Positions 36,073 through 45,350 of a stretch of DNA of 64,000 nt are shown here, one piece after another. Origin of the DNA: a virus. Taxonomy: Duplodnaviria > Caudoviricetes. The stretch lies in IMG/VR virus record IMGVR_UViG_2744054842_000001, positions 1 to 64,000 of that record; one strand, written 5' to 3'. The notes below the pieces were generated by a model. It was given only the letters and a program-made list of their open reading frames with translations, had not been told where the DNA came from and did not search any database. The translations under genes and the position numbers were made by a program. Within the stretch, counting starts at the first letter, position 1. Every line of letters begins with the position of its first letter.

Positions 36073-37643
36073 GATCTCTCCCGGCTGTATTTCAAGCCCA
36101 CCCTGCCGCTCAGGATACTCCAGAACTGGTGTTCAGCTTCCGACTGGGTATGCTCGCGTTCAAGCTCGCCTCGATTGACCAAATCATACACGCGTTTTAC
36201 GGCCTCTTGCTCGACCTGGCCAGACAGCTTGTCGACGACCTCACCACTTGGCCATCCCTTTTCAGCAACCATCGAATAGCGAAGGGTCGGGCCGACGGCC
36301 CGCAGTTCATACAGGCCAATGTAGGATGCAAGCTCAACATCCTCAATCGAGAACGGGCTATTGCCCGGATGATTGTGGGTGAAGGTCGTTCCCTTCAGCT
36401 TGCCGAACTCGCTCACTGGGAAGCCGACACGATCAGGCTGACCCTGACGCTGAAGCAGAATCGAGCCGTCGTCACCAATGAACGCTCCCGTTTCCAGCGC
36501 GTCGCTACGAATTCGATTTTCGAGCTCGACTGCGGTCCGTCGCGCAGGCGTGGATACATCCGGTTTTGCCACCGGATAACCAATGTCATACACCGTGAAC
36601 TCACCAGTCGGCTGCTTGAAAGTAACCGCTTCGCGTTGTCGCAGTTGCTGCAGGGTAAGGGTCTTCCCGTTGTCATCTACGAATTTGTCCAGCGTCAGTT
36701 CGCCCTTGCTGAACAACTCATAGCGGGCTGGGCCCAGCACATCCTTTTGGAACGCCGCGGGCTGCCGCGCCAGCCATTCGCCGTAGCTGGTCTTGCTGCT
36801 CACCTGCTCAACGCCATTCGGGCCAATAGCTGGCCTGGTCGAACCGGGGATCTCCCTGGCGAACTCGTCTTTCAGCACCGGGATTACCGTAGTCCGGCAC
36901 CGCCAGTGATACGGCGGCTTCGGACCATCCAGTGGGATGATCGTCTGGTCGATGCTCATGCAGAACAGCGTGGTTCGACTGTCCAAGGTGGCGATCCGGC
37001 GCATCCCCTTGAGGATGTCGTCGTTATCCTTGAGCACTTCCACCCGCGCCGTGGTGGCGATGTGGTTGGTCATGGTGTTGACCAGGGCCTGAGCTTGATC
37101 GCGCTGCTGGACGCCCAGTGACGTCAGCCGGCGACTGATCTGGCCGGTTGTCTCGCCCAGTGCCGACCCCATGCGAATCTCGCTGATGATCTCGGCGCTC
37201 TTCTTGGTGCCGTACTGGTCGAGCGCGCCGTTGATGCTGATGCGCTGCCGACCCTTGCCGACTTCCAAGTCGAGCGGATCGGCCAGCACTGCGGCGGCGA
37301 CCTGCTCGATGCTGGGCCTGTTCAGTTGCACGACCGTTTTCACGACCTTGCCAAGTAGGGTCAGGTTGAACTCGGCCTCGTAGCCGCCGAACTCAGTCAG
37401 GTCGAGCACTGCCTGCTGCTTCATCTCGCCGTAGACACCAGCGAGTTCGCCCTGTAGCTCCTGAATTTGCTTCTCGTACCGTTGGGTGCCGTAACGGCTC
37501 AATCCCTCTGATACGCGCGATTTGGCGGTGCCAATGGCCTTCGTGATGAACTTGGCCAGGCGCTTGAGGCTTCCCCCGGCGTAGCGTTGCACGTGCACCT
37601 GGTGGCGAGTCGCCGCGTCTGACAGGTAGCCGTCACTGCTCAT
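36069..37643 (-). CDS. MuF/SPP1 gp7 minor head protein with C-terminal JAB/MPN-like extension
   Basis: IATLDSRTTLFC..PPYHWRCRT; extension ETG..THNHPGNSPFSIED. Confidence 0.88.
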   Translation of the reverse strand: MSSDGYLSDAATRHQVHVQRYAGGSLKRLAKFITKAIGTAKSRVSEGLSRYGTQRYEKQIQELQGELAGVYGEMKQQAVLDLTEFGGYEAEFNLTLLGKVVKTVVQLNRPSIEQVAAAVLADPLDLEVGKGRQRISINGALDQYGTKKSAEIISEIRMGSALGETTGQISRRLTSLGVQQRDQAQALVNTMTNHIATTARVEVLKDNDDILKGMRRIATLDSRTTLFCMSIDQTIIPLDGPKPPYHWRCRTTVIPVLKDEFAREIPGSTRPAIGPNGVEQVSSKTSYGEWLARQPAAFQKDVLGPARYELFSKGELTLDKFVDDNGKTLTLQQLRQREAVTFKQPTGEFTVYDIGYPVAKPDVSTPARRTAVELENRIRSDALETGAFIGDDGSILLQRQGQPDRVGFPVSEFGKLKGTTFTHNHPGNSPFSIEDVELASYIGLYELRAVGPTLRYSMVAEKGWPSGEVVDKLSGQVEQEAVKRVYDLVNRGELEREHTQSEAEHQFWSILSGRVGLKYSRERS

Positions 37644-39057
37644 CCTCGCCGCCTCCGGTGTCGTTGCCGGTCACCGGCGGCTGCTGGGCCAGTTCATCGT
37701 CGATGAGCTCGTCGGTGCGGTCAGCCTCAATCACACCGCCCTGGCGCAGATTGGTGCGCAGGTCGGACTTCGCGATGATGCCCTGCTGCCAGAGCTGGAC
37801 CTGGGCCAGGATGTCCTGAGCGGTCATCGTCTCGTCGAAGAACGACTGGTTGAGCCAGAAGACCGTCCCGTCCTCGTCCGGCTCGTCCATCATGAAGCGC
37901 TCGGCGTCGAGGATGGCCCGTTTCAGGGCCTCGGACACGTTGCCGGCGATGGTGCCCAGCACGCTGTTGTCCGAGCTGTAGCGAATACGAACGGCCTCTG
38001 CTGTCTCGGCACCGCCCGCCTTCTGGACGATGCGTGCGCCGATCATCAGCATCTGCTCTTCCTTGTCCTTCATCAGCGTGCGAGAGAGCTGGCTCTCGTC
38101 CGCCTGGACAAGCTTTGCGTCACCGGACTTACCGAGGTTGAACCCGCGGGTAGAGCCGATGTGGATACCGTTGGGGTTAAGCTTGGCGAAATCGTCCGCG
38201 CTGATGTCGGTGGTGATGAACAGCGTGGGCTGGCTGCTGATGAAGCCGCTCTCTTCCACTGTGGCGCTGTTGCCGTAGTGCAGGATGTTTACGTCGGCCA
38301 GGTCTTCCAGCGGCGACTTGTCGATGCTGGCGTCGTTGTTCTGGGCGCCGTAGAAGCTGAACAGGATGTGGTCGAAGGCCCGGCCGTTCTTGTCGAGCGG
38401 TGCGAACTCCGTGAAGGTATTGCCATCCTTTGCGTAGACACGCTGGAAATACCTACCTTCGATCAGCAGAAGCACCCGGTACTGGGTATCAGTGGTGCGC
38501 TCTAAGCTGTCCGGGCTGAATGCAGACACGCGCTCGAGCAGACAGACATAGACCAGACGCTTCACGCCATCGATCACCTGCTCATCCCAGTCGATGATCG
38601 ACTCGGCGTCGTAGTGGTGGATCAGGGCGCGCCGGCCCTGCATGTCCGCCATCGAGGACACGCCCTCAACCGCAGGGAAATCCACGAGGAAGCCGCCACG
38701 GCCAGCATCCAGGCATTCCCCTACAGCATCCTTGGAAAGCTGCTCCAGGCTCGTGCCGTCGCCGCTGGCGTTCTCCTTCAGGTACTCCACGCCCGCGGGC
38801 AGGGTCAGCTCCGCAGTCTTGCGGAACACCGCGCCCAGCAGGCCGGTACGCGTACGCCCGGTGATGTTCAGGAACATCGCTCGCTTCTTGTACTGCTTGT
38901 ACCGCGCCAGGTTCTCCGGTGATTTGTTCTCCGGGTCCGGCATCGGCAGGTATTCGTCGTGCTTGCGCACCTCACGGGCGCCGGCCACGCAGCGCTTGAC
39001 CAGCTGCCAGCCGGGCAAGGCCTCCGAGTACTCTGCCCGGGGAATGAAGTTCGGCAT
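37633..39057 (-). CDS. Portal protein (DUF4055-type)
   Basis: Position after TerL; YKKRAMFLNITGRT, PLEDLADVNILHY. Confidence 0.9.
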   Translation of the reverse strand: MPNFIPRAEYSEALPGWQLVKRCVAGAREVRKHDEYLPMPDPENKSPENLARYKQYKKRAMFLNITGRTRTGLLGAVFRKTAELTLPAGVEYLKENASGDGTSLEQLSKDAVGECLDAGRGGFLVDFPAVEGVSSMADMQGRRALIHHYDAESIIDWDEQVIDGVKRLVYVCLLERVSAFSPDSLERTTDTQYRVLLLIEGRYFQRVYAKDGNTFTEFAPLDKNGRAFDHILFSFYGAQNNDASIDKSPLEDLADVNILHYGNSATVEESGFISSQPTLFITTDISADDFAKLNPNGIHIGSTRGFNLGKSGDAKLVQADESQLSRTLMKDKEEQMLMIGARIVQKAGGAETAEAVRIRYSSDNSVLGTIAGNVSEALKRAILDAERFMMDEPDEDGTVFWLNQSFFDETMTAQDILAQVQLWQQGIIAKSDLRTNLRQGGVIEADRTDELIDDELAQQPPVTGNDTGGGEDEQ

Positions 39058-39065
39058 GGGTGGCC

Positions 39066-40367
39066 TCAGAAAGTGAACGTGATTGGTACGTGGGTAACCG
39101 GCCTGCTGATCGGGTAGTCGTGGTGGATGAAGTAGCCACCCGCGTCGTTCGCGTGGTCCACGCCGGACTTCTTGTCGGGCTCGCCGTTGGCCGCCCATAC
39201 CTGCTGCTCCAGGCCGTCCGCATAGGTCGGGCAGCGCAGCGGGTTGACCAGGTAGCGGCGTTCGCCATTCGCGTTGCAGAACATCGCGTTCATGGCGTTG
39301 ATGCGGTCTTTCACTGGCGGGTTGGCATCGGGAGCTATGACGCTGAAGCCGGCCTGGCGCAGGATGGCAATGTCCGTCTCGCTGGCGTTCACCGACTTGC
39401 GTGACCCGCCCGAGGCGTCGGGGTAGATCCTGATCTCGCAGGTCTTCTCGTAGCCCCTGCCGTTGTGCCGCCAGTAGCGCTCCTTGATGCGCCGGATCAT
39501 GTCCGGGGTATCGAAGCCGTCGATCAGCTCATCCACCGCTCTGGGCTTTCCGTCAGGCCGTTTGACATGAACGATCGCCGCCATCTTGCCGACGTTGAAG
39601 TCCATGCCAATGAACAGGGGTTCTCCAGGCTCTACGGTGTCGAAGCAGGAATTCAGCTTCCTGTCGTAGGCGTGGTAGATCGACCCGGAGTTCAGGTTGA
39701 CGAACTGGCCGTTCAGGTAGGCCATGATCAACTGGGCCGGGTACGACTCCATCAGCGACGGGATGTAGTCAGGCGGTAGGTTCAGCTCGTTGTCGAACGT
39801 GCTGGCCTGGACCAGGCCGTACATGCCCTGCAGGGCCGGCTTCTCCCGAAGCTGCTTCACGAACTGCTGGTAGACGAACTTGAACCCCTCAGGGGTCGTG
39901 GTCACATCCACGCCGTTCTTCAGCCCTGGCTCGTTGTAGCGCATCCGGGCAATGATCTTGCGCCAGGCGTGTTCGGCCTTCAGTGCGGGCAGCACATCGA
40001 GCTCATCGACCAGGGCGTGCCCGATCTTGAAGCCCACGATAGTCTGCGGCTTCTCCATTGAGCGGCAGATGGTCGTGCTGCGGTACTGGCCGCCGCTGTA
40101 GAACTCGACCTCCTTGTCGCTCTCCTTCGTCTTGACCTTCAGGCCCCAGTCGAAGGCGACCTCCTCGATGGTGGGGAAGAAGATGTCGCGGATCTGCGGG
40201 TAGGTCGGGGCGAAGTAGCCGGAGTCGATTCGGGGCCACTCCCACACGTGCTTGCACAGCGCCGCGCAGCCTACCCAGGTCTTGCCCGAGCCGAACCCGG
40301 CGACGAAGCCGCGGAACTTGTTCTCCATCCGAAGGAAGCTGGCCTGGGGCACGTTAAGTGACGGCAT
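39066..40367 (-). CDS. terL: Terminase large subunit
   Basis: Walker A AGFGSGKT, ALVDE, TTTPEG, GMDFN, DHANDAGGY. Confidence 0.95.
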   Translation of the reverse strand: MPSLNVPQASFLRMENKFRGFVAGFGSGKTWVGCAALCKHVWEWPRIDSGYFAPTYPQIRDIFFPTIEEVAFDWGLKVKTKESDKEVEFYSGGQYRSTTICRSMEKPQTIVGFKIGHALVDELDVLPALKAEHAWRKIIARMRYNEPGLKNGVDVTTTPEGFKFVYQQFVKQLREKPALQGMYGLVQASTFDNELNLPPDYIPSLMESYPAQLIMAYLNGQFVNLNSGSIYHAYDRKLNSCFDTVEPGEPLFIGMDFNVGKMAAIVHVKRPDGKPRAVDELIDGFDTPDMIRRIKERYWRHNGRGYEKTCEIRIYPDASGGSRKSVNASETDIAILRQAGFSVIAPDANPPVKDRINAMNAMFCNANGERRYLVNPLRCPTYADGLEQQVWAANGEPDKKSGVDHANDAGGYFIHHDYPISRPVTHVPITFTF

Positions 40368-40815
40368 CAGGCTTCCTCGCATCCACCACATCAACCTGCA
40401 CCCGGGTGGGCGGCACGTTGTCGTGGGGATTCTCGTTCTTGGTCTGGCGGTTCACGTAGACATCGCCGACCTCTTTGGCCGCCTGCTCCAGCAGCTGAGC
40501 CGTCAGGGCCATGTTCTTCATGTTCTCGGCCTTCTCAGCCATCCGCCCCAGCACACGAAGCCGAAACGCTCGGTTGGCGATCGGTATCTCAGCCGTCTCC
40601 TCGCGGAAGCGCTTACGAGTGTCTTCGAACAGAGTTACCCAGCGCTTGGCCAGGTCACGCCCAGCACGCTTGGTCGGGTCGTGCGCCTCACACTTCTGCC
40701 GGGTAACCTCAAGGCCGAATTCTTCTCGGACGGCTGCCGCGACTTGCGAGGGGGTATCGAAACAGGCCAGGGCCTGAACGATGAAGGCTTTCACCTCGTT
40801 GCTCAGGGCCGCCAT
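40354..40815 (-). CDS. terS: Terminase small subunit (DUF2280)
   Basis: VKAFIVQALACFDTPSQVA..IPIANRAFRL. Confidence 0.85.
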   Translation of the reverse strand: MAALSNEVKAFIVQALACFDTPSQVAAAVREEFGLEVTRQKCEAHDPTKRAGRDLAKRWVTLFEDTRKRFREETAEIPIANRAFRLRVLGRMAEKAENMKNMALTAQLLEQAAKEVGDVYVNRQTKNENPHDNVPPTRVQVDVVDARKPDAVT

Positions 40816-40846
40816 AGGTTTTCATCCGTCGTGGGTCTGTCAGGGG

Positions 40847-41455
40847 TCAGGCAGACTTGAGCAGACAGGTTCCGCAGGCCCTCGAAATGTTGATCTTGGC
40901 CACCTCTGGCGGCCGGCTTGCAGCGTCGATCAGCTGCTGTACGTCATGCCCGGCACCGTAGCGGCGAACCACGCCGACGAACTCTTCGACGTCATGGCCG
41001 CGCAGGTACAGCTTGGGTAGCCCGTCCTGTGTGAACTTGGGTGCGCCGTACTCATCAGTCGCCTGGGCGATGTGGTACAGCTCGTGTTCTATCAAAGCGC
41101 AGAACTCGGCGTCGGTGCACTGGGCACAGTAGTCGGCAGCCAGGGTGATGAGGTAGTCCGGCTCCTCACCGAACCATTCCCGCATCTGCTGCTCTTGCCG
41201 AGCTTTCTGCCATCCACCGGCGCGGAACACCAGCTGCTCGGCTTGGCCAAGGACGACCCGGCCCTGCTTGGCGAATCCGCTGGACGCCCAGAGCACGCCG
41301 ATGTTGGCGTCCATCAGGTGGGCATGCTCTGGGTTATGGATGCTGCCGGTGTCGGCGAGGAATTCGCTCTGTACCCAGTCCCACACACCGATGGCCGGGC
41401 GCAGGGTCAACCAGAGCGATTCGAGTAGGTCGGCTGGTGGGATTGGTCTGCTCAT
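40847..41455 (-). CDS. Phage putative metallopeptidase
   Basis: ALIEHELYH and HDVEEF motifs. Confidence 0.85.
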   Translation of the reverse strand: MSRPIPPADLLESLWLTLRPAIGVWDWVQSEFLADTGSIHNPEHAHLMDANIGVLWASSGFAKQGRVVLGQAEQLVFRAGGWQKARQEQQMREWFGEEPDYLITLAADYCAQCTDAEFCALIEHELYHIAQATDEYGAPKFTQDGLPKLYLRGHDVEEFVGVVRRYGAGHDVQQLIDAASRPPEVAKINISRACGTCLLKSA

Positions 41456-41461
41456 GAACCC

Positions 41462-41767
41462 TCACCTGAACCATCCGGTCGCTTCTACACCACAGTTACG
41501 GCAGTGAACCGCGCCACTGGCTTGGCCTGTCTTGCGCATGATGAAGAATGTTTCGCTACCGCAGTTGCAGTGGAATGCCTCGTCACCTGGTTGCGGGCCG
41601 AATGGATACTTGAACGCGCCACAATGGGTGCCGCACTTCGGACACTCCAGCTGAGTGACTCCTACCGGGGCAGCCGCCACCCATTCATGCCGACAGTTCG
41701 CGCAGATGCATTCGCCGGAGGCGTGCGGCTCTTCGCAACCTCGCGGCTTCAGCTCAATCACGTTCAT
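41462..41767 (-). CDS. Cys-rich zinc-finger protein
   Basis: Four CxxC/CxC pairs. Confidence 0.7.
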   Translation of the reverse strand: MNVIELKPRGCEEPHASGECICANCRHEWVAAAPVGVTQLECPKCGTHCGAFKYPFGPQPGDEAFHCNCGSETFFIMRKTGQASGAVHCRNCGVEATGWFR

Positions 41768-41955
41768 TCGGCCACCATCTTGTGGGTTTCGGCATGCGCG
41801 TGACCATGCAGCAAGCCGACCAGCAGCCCCTGAGGAAGGCCGGCTGCCTTGGCGAAATCAATCGCCTTCACCAGGGCAGCATCGAACTCGGCCACCGCGT
41901 GGACGATATCCATGCTGACCGGAAGCTCATGGCGTATGCGGGTGACCTTGCTCAT
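41764..41955 (-). CDS. Small phage protein
   Basis: 63 aa, coupled overlaps. Confidence 0.6.
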   Translation of the reverse strand: MSKVTRIRHELPVSMDIVHAVAEFDAALVKAIDFAKAAGLPQGLLVGLLHGHAHAETHKMVAE

Positions 41956-42077
41956 GCAAGCACCACGCGGAAGTGCGAGAAGACCCAGATCAGGCCCTCA
42001 ATGAATGCCCATCCTGCAACGGCACACATCAGGCCCAGCATGATGAACGCACCGGTCATGTCAGGAAGCTGGCCCAT
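41952..42077 (-). CDS. 41-aa hydrophobic peptide
   Basis: GGAG RBS, single TM, ATGA overlap. Confidence 0.45.
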   Translation of the reverse strand: MGQLPDMTGAFIMLGLMCAVAGWAFIEGLIWVFSHFRVVLA

Positions 42078-42132
42078 CTGGAAATCTCCATAGTCGCGCC
42101 ACGAAACGGCGCATCTCTGTTTTGTGGCGCGG

Positions 42133-42444
42133 TCAACTAGACCGCTTGCACATGTCGCAATCCAGTCGCTGGCAGATCCAGCGCTTTACCTTGGGCCAGT
42201 AGGTGACCACGAACATGTGGCGCAGGCCTGCCATGGCCAGGGCGACGTGCATCGTTACCCCAGCTGTGTTTGGGTTGAAGAACATGCGGTCCGACCTGGC
42301 CAGGATGGCGTAGCCGCTCAGCGCGATGATCGAGTACAGGATCTTGCCAATCACACCGTCTCGAACCTTGCCACTCAGCACGGCCCAGGATGCCCACAGG
42401 GCGATCACCCCAGCCGCCAGAGCGTTGATGTATTCGAAAATCAT
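42133..42444 (-). CDS. Holin-associated membrane protein (3 TM)
   Basis: Hydrophobic, DGVIGKILY motif, coupled to the holin. Confidence 0.65.
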   Translation of the reverse strand: MIFEYINALAAGVIALWASWAVLSGKVRDGVIGKILYSIIALSGYAILARSDRMFFNPNTAGVTMHVALAMAGLRHMFVVTYWPKVKRWICQRLDCDMCKRSS

Positions 42445-42767
42445 CCGTTAGGCCCTCCGAACTTGGACCTGATGACAGACCAGAGATCAGCGGCCTTGAT
42501 AGCGCGGGTGACTGCGGCGATGAGCGACCCGCCGAACGTTCCAAGCAGAAACCCTACCCCCGCCACGCTGCGAGGCTCCACGATGCCGAAGTAGGCGCTG
42601 ACCATTCCGGTCAGGTAGTGGGCGCAGGCCATGCCGGTCAGCAGGAAGAGGATCCAAGCCTTGCGGTCCGTCAGGTCGTCCTTGTGCCACCGGGTGGCAA
42701 CCAAGGCCCCCAATAGGCCCGCTATAGCCCAGTCGAGCTTTTCGAGCAGGCGGTGAAAAAGCTCCAT
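42441..42767 (-). CDS. Putative holin
   Basis: Three TM segments, GFLLGTFGGSL, first membrane gene of the late operon. Confidence 0.7.
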   Translation of the reverse strand: MELFHRLLEKLDWAIAGLLGALVATRWHKDDLTDRKAWILFLLTGMACAHYLTGMVSAYFGIVEPRSVAGVGFLLGTFGGSLIAAVTRAIKAADLWSVIRSKFGGPNG

Positions 42768-42865
42768 GCGCTCGGCTCCCGCTGGAATGAAAATAATAAC
42801 TCAAATTTGCTGTACGCAAAGCAAATTTGCTGTATACTGAGCTCACACAACAACGAGGCGAGGTG

Positions 42866-43048
42866 ATGAGTTACAACGAGTTCAAACGGTGGCTGAAAGC
42901 CAGAGGAGTAAGGTTCGAATCGTTAAACGGAACGAGCCATTTCAAACTCTACTTCGAAGGCAAACAAACGATCTTTCCGGATCACGGTGCAAAAGAAATG
43001 AAAGAAGGAACCCGGAAAGGAATCATCAAGCAACTGGGGCTCAAATGA
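42866..43048 (+). CDS. hicA: HicA toxin
   Basis: EFKRWLKARGV..GTSHFKL..PDHGAKEMKEGTRKGIIKQLGL. Confidence 0.92.
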   Translation: MSYNEFKRWLKARGVRFESLNGTSHFKLYFEGKQTIFPDHGAKEMKEGTRKGIIKQLGLK

Positions 43049-43127
43049 GCCCCTACCACCGTTTGAGTCGAATCATCACCTCGCCTCGCGAACATCACTC
43101 AGAGAGCCGCCCAAGGGAGGGCTAGAA

Positions 43128-43553
43128 ATGTTTGACTACCCGGTAACTGTGCATACCGAAGACAGCCCAGGTGTTGCGCTCACCTGCGACACCATTCCCG
43201 AGTTCAACGCCGCCGGGGATGACTTGGAGGAAGCCTTGGCCGAAGCCAGCATCCTGATGCCTGCCGCACTTTCGATTTACGTTGACCAACGTCGAGCGAT
43301 CCCCAAAGCACCGGCACCTGAAGAGGGCCAGCCCGTAGTAACGCTGACCGCACTCACCGTGGCGAAGATCGAATTGTGGAACTCGATGGTTGAAAAAGGC
43401 ATGCGCAAAGCTGATCTGTGCCGCCTGCTCGGCGTAAGTCAGAGCCAGGGCGACCGGCTAGTGGACTTCATGCACGGCACGAAGCTGGAGGCTCTCGAGA
43501 ATGCACTGGCCGCGCTCGGTAAGCGCCTGGTGGTATCTGTCGAGCCGGCCTGA
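43128..43553 (+). CDS. hicB: HicB antitoxin with C-terminal HTH
   Basis: MFDYPV..IPEFNAAGDDLEEAL..AKIELWN..LENALAALGKRL. Confidence 0.9.
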   Translation: MFDYPVTVHTEDSPGVALTCDTIPEFNAAGDDLEEALAEASILMPAALSIYVDQRRAIPKAPAPEEGQPVVTLTALTVAKIELWNSMVEKGMRKADLCRLLGVSQSQGDRLVDFMHGTKLEALENALAALGKRLVVSVEPA

Positions 43554-43899
43554 ATCTGTGTGGGTCTCTCCCCACCTGTCCGCCGAAGACCATTGCAGCG
43601 CTGGCACCCCAATGCACCAGTCTCGCCGATCCGGTCACGCGCCACCCTGAAAGCATGTGAGGTCAGAGTGCGCGGGCTGCCGGTGTTTTTTCCGTACACC
43701 ACACTACCGGCTAGCAGTGTCCAGGCTGTCCCGTTAGGGCCTGCCCTGGCTGCAGTTGCGTTTCTTGCTGGAACAAAAATCCCGGCGCTTGGCCGGGACT
43801 CTTGAGGCCCTATGGGGGCTTGGACAAGGCCGAGGAGAAGAGAAAGCATGGCCCCATGCTATCGTCGCAATCCCTACAACCGCGACACAGGATGGAACT

Positions 43900-44199
43900 A
43901 TGGCAAGCTTTATCGTCACCTTTAAATTCAAGTCTGATGACACTCGCAGCGAGCGGTATGACTCGTTCGTAAGGAAAATCAACGAGCTAACTAGCTATAG
44001 GCACTGGGACGAAACGACATCGTTTTACTGCTTCGAGCTTGACATGACTGCAGATGCACTTTGTTCAGCCCTGTATGTCGGCACCGACTTCAATTCAACC
44101 AAAGACATCATGGTTGTAATCGATATCACTAACAAACAGAAGGCTACAAAGGGCGCCTTAGAATGGCCTTCGGTGCTCGACTCATACCTTGGGTTCTGA
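43900..44199 (+). CDS. Small moron protein, possibly ferredoxin-like fold
   Basis: 99 aa, opposite strand, AT-richer; FIVTFKF..ERYDSF..DETTSF. Confidence 0.7.
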   Translation: MASFIVTFKFKSDDTRSERYDSFVRKINELTSYRHWDETTSFYCFELDMTADALCSALYVGTDFNSTKDIMVVIDITNKQKATKGALEWPSVLDSYLGF

Positions 44200-44403
44200 C
44201 TGCTGGGCCGGTGGTTGCAATATCTGCGATTCCAGCTCGGTCACGCGCGCCTCGTAGCGCTCAAGCGTCTCTTGGTTGGATCGCAGCGCAGCCGCGAGCT
44301 GCTTCTCTCGGTCAACTGCTTCGGCATGCAGCCTGACCACCTCCGCCAGCTTTGCCTCTTGAGCAATAACTGACTCAACAGCTTGGCGGTATGAGCTCTT
44401 CAT
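44182..44403 (-). CDS. Small coiled-coil protein
   Basis: GGAG RBS, 73 aa. Confidence 0.55.
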   Translation of the reverse strand: MKSSYRQAVESVIAQEAKLAEVVRLHAEAVDREKQLAAALRSNQETLERYEARVTELESQILQPPAQQSEPKV

Positions 44404-44452
44404 GCTGATCTCCAAAAACGAAAAAGCCCAGCAAATGCTGGGCTATCGGCGA

Positions 44453-44668
44453 CTATTCTGCAATCTGCAAGTCTGCGCGCCTCTCCTGCATGGTCAGGCA
44501 TCCCAGTCTGCGTGGATTGCCACACATCCAGCAGGAGCAGACTTTCCCGTGATTGGCGAACAGGCCGGCGTTGCGAGCATCAGTAGCCCAGCATTCCTGG
44601 GCTCGTTGCTTGAGGTAAAAGCGGGCCTTGATTCGGCGTGTATCGTGTCGGCGTTTTGCTCTGGACAT
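44453..44668 (-). CDS. Small basic phage protein (CSCWMCGNPR)
   Basis: AGGAG RBS; CSCxMCGNPR motif. Confidence 0.65.
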   Translation of the reverse strand: MSRAKRRHDTRRIKARFYLKQRAQECWATDARNAGLFANHGKVCSCWMCGNPRRLGCLTMQERRADLQIAE

Positions 44669-44793
44669 TTGATTCTCCTAAGCCAAAGCCGACAAAGCCC
44701 CGGCAGATTTCTCTGGCGGGGCTTTTGTGGTCACTCCTCAACATGCGCAGGAATGACAGGATGGAGAAATAATGCGACACAGCGACAACTAAG

Positions 44794-45342
44794 TCAATCG
44801 TCCAAATGCGCGAGCTCCGATTTTTCGTAAGCTCTCAAAACCTCTCCTAGTCGTTCATTCACGTTATGGAAGAAATATCCTGATTCCATCCATTCAAGCT
44901 CTGATTCCTGTTCTGATTTAGCCCTCGTCACTTTTGAGCAGAGAGAGGTCAGATCAGAGATCTGCTGCCTCAGATTGTCGTCGAGCACCCTCACGCGCAA
45001 AAGATTGGCCTGGCGAAACGCCTCCATGGTTGCGGCGCTCACTTCTTCAGAAAGCTTCTCCTTCGCCCACTCGCCAGAAGCCCGGTAATTGCTAACGTCT
45101 TCCAGATGTTGGCGAGAGACGGACCTCATGAGCTTGGCCAGCACCTCCTGAATCTCAATCAAAAGCTTTCGCTGATTTTCTAATCGCTGCTGCTGAATAA
45201 GCTCTTTCCGCTTCTCGACCCTTATTTTTCTCTCTTTTTCTTCCACTCGCCTTTCAGTTAGAAGATCAAAAGCCGCTTTCAAGACTAGCCCCAGAACGAG
45301 GGTGACCACAGGAAACCAAACAACAGGGGTTAACGCTTCCAT
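44794..45342 (-). CDS. Moron with N-terminal TM and coiled coil
   Basis: 182 aa, AT-richer, AAGGA RBS. Confidence 0.7.
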   Translation of the reverse strand: MEALTPVVWFPVVTLVLGLVLKAAFDLLTERRVEEKERKIRVEKRKELIQQQRLENQRKLLIEIQEVLAKLMRSVSRQHLEDVSNYRASGEWAKEKLSEEVSAATMEAFRQANLLRVRVLDDNLRQQISDLTSLCSKVTRAKSEQESELEWMESGYFFHNVNERLGEVLRAYEKSELAHLDD

Positions 45343-45350
45343 ACAATTCC

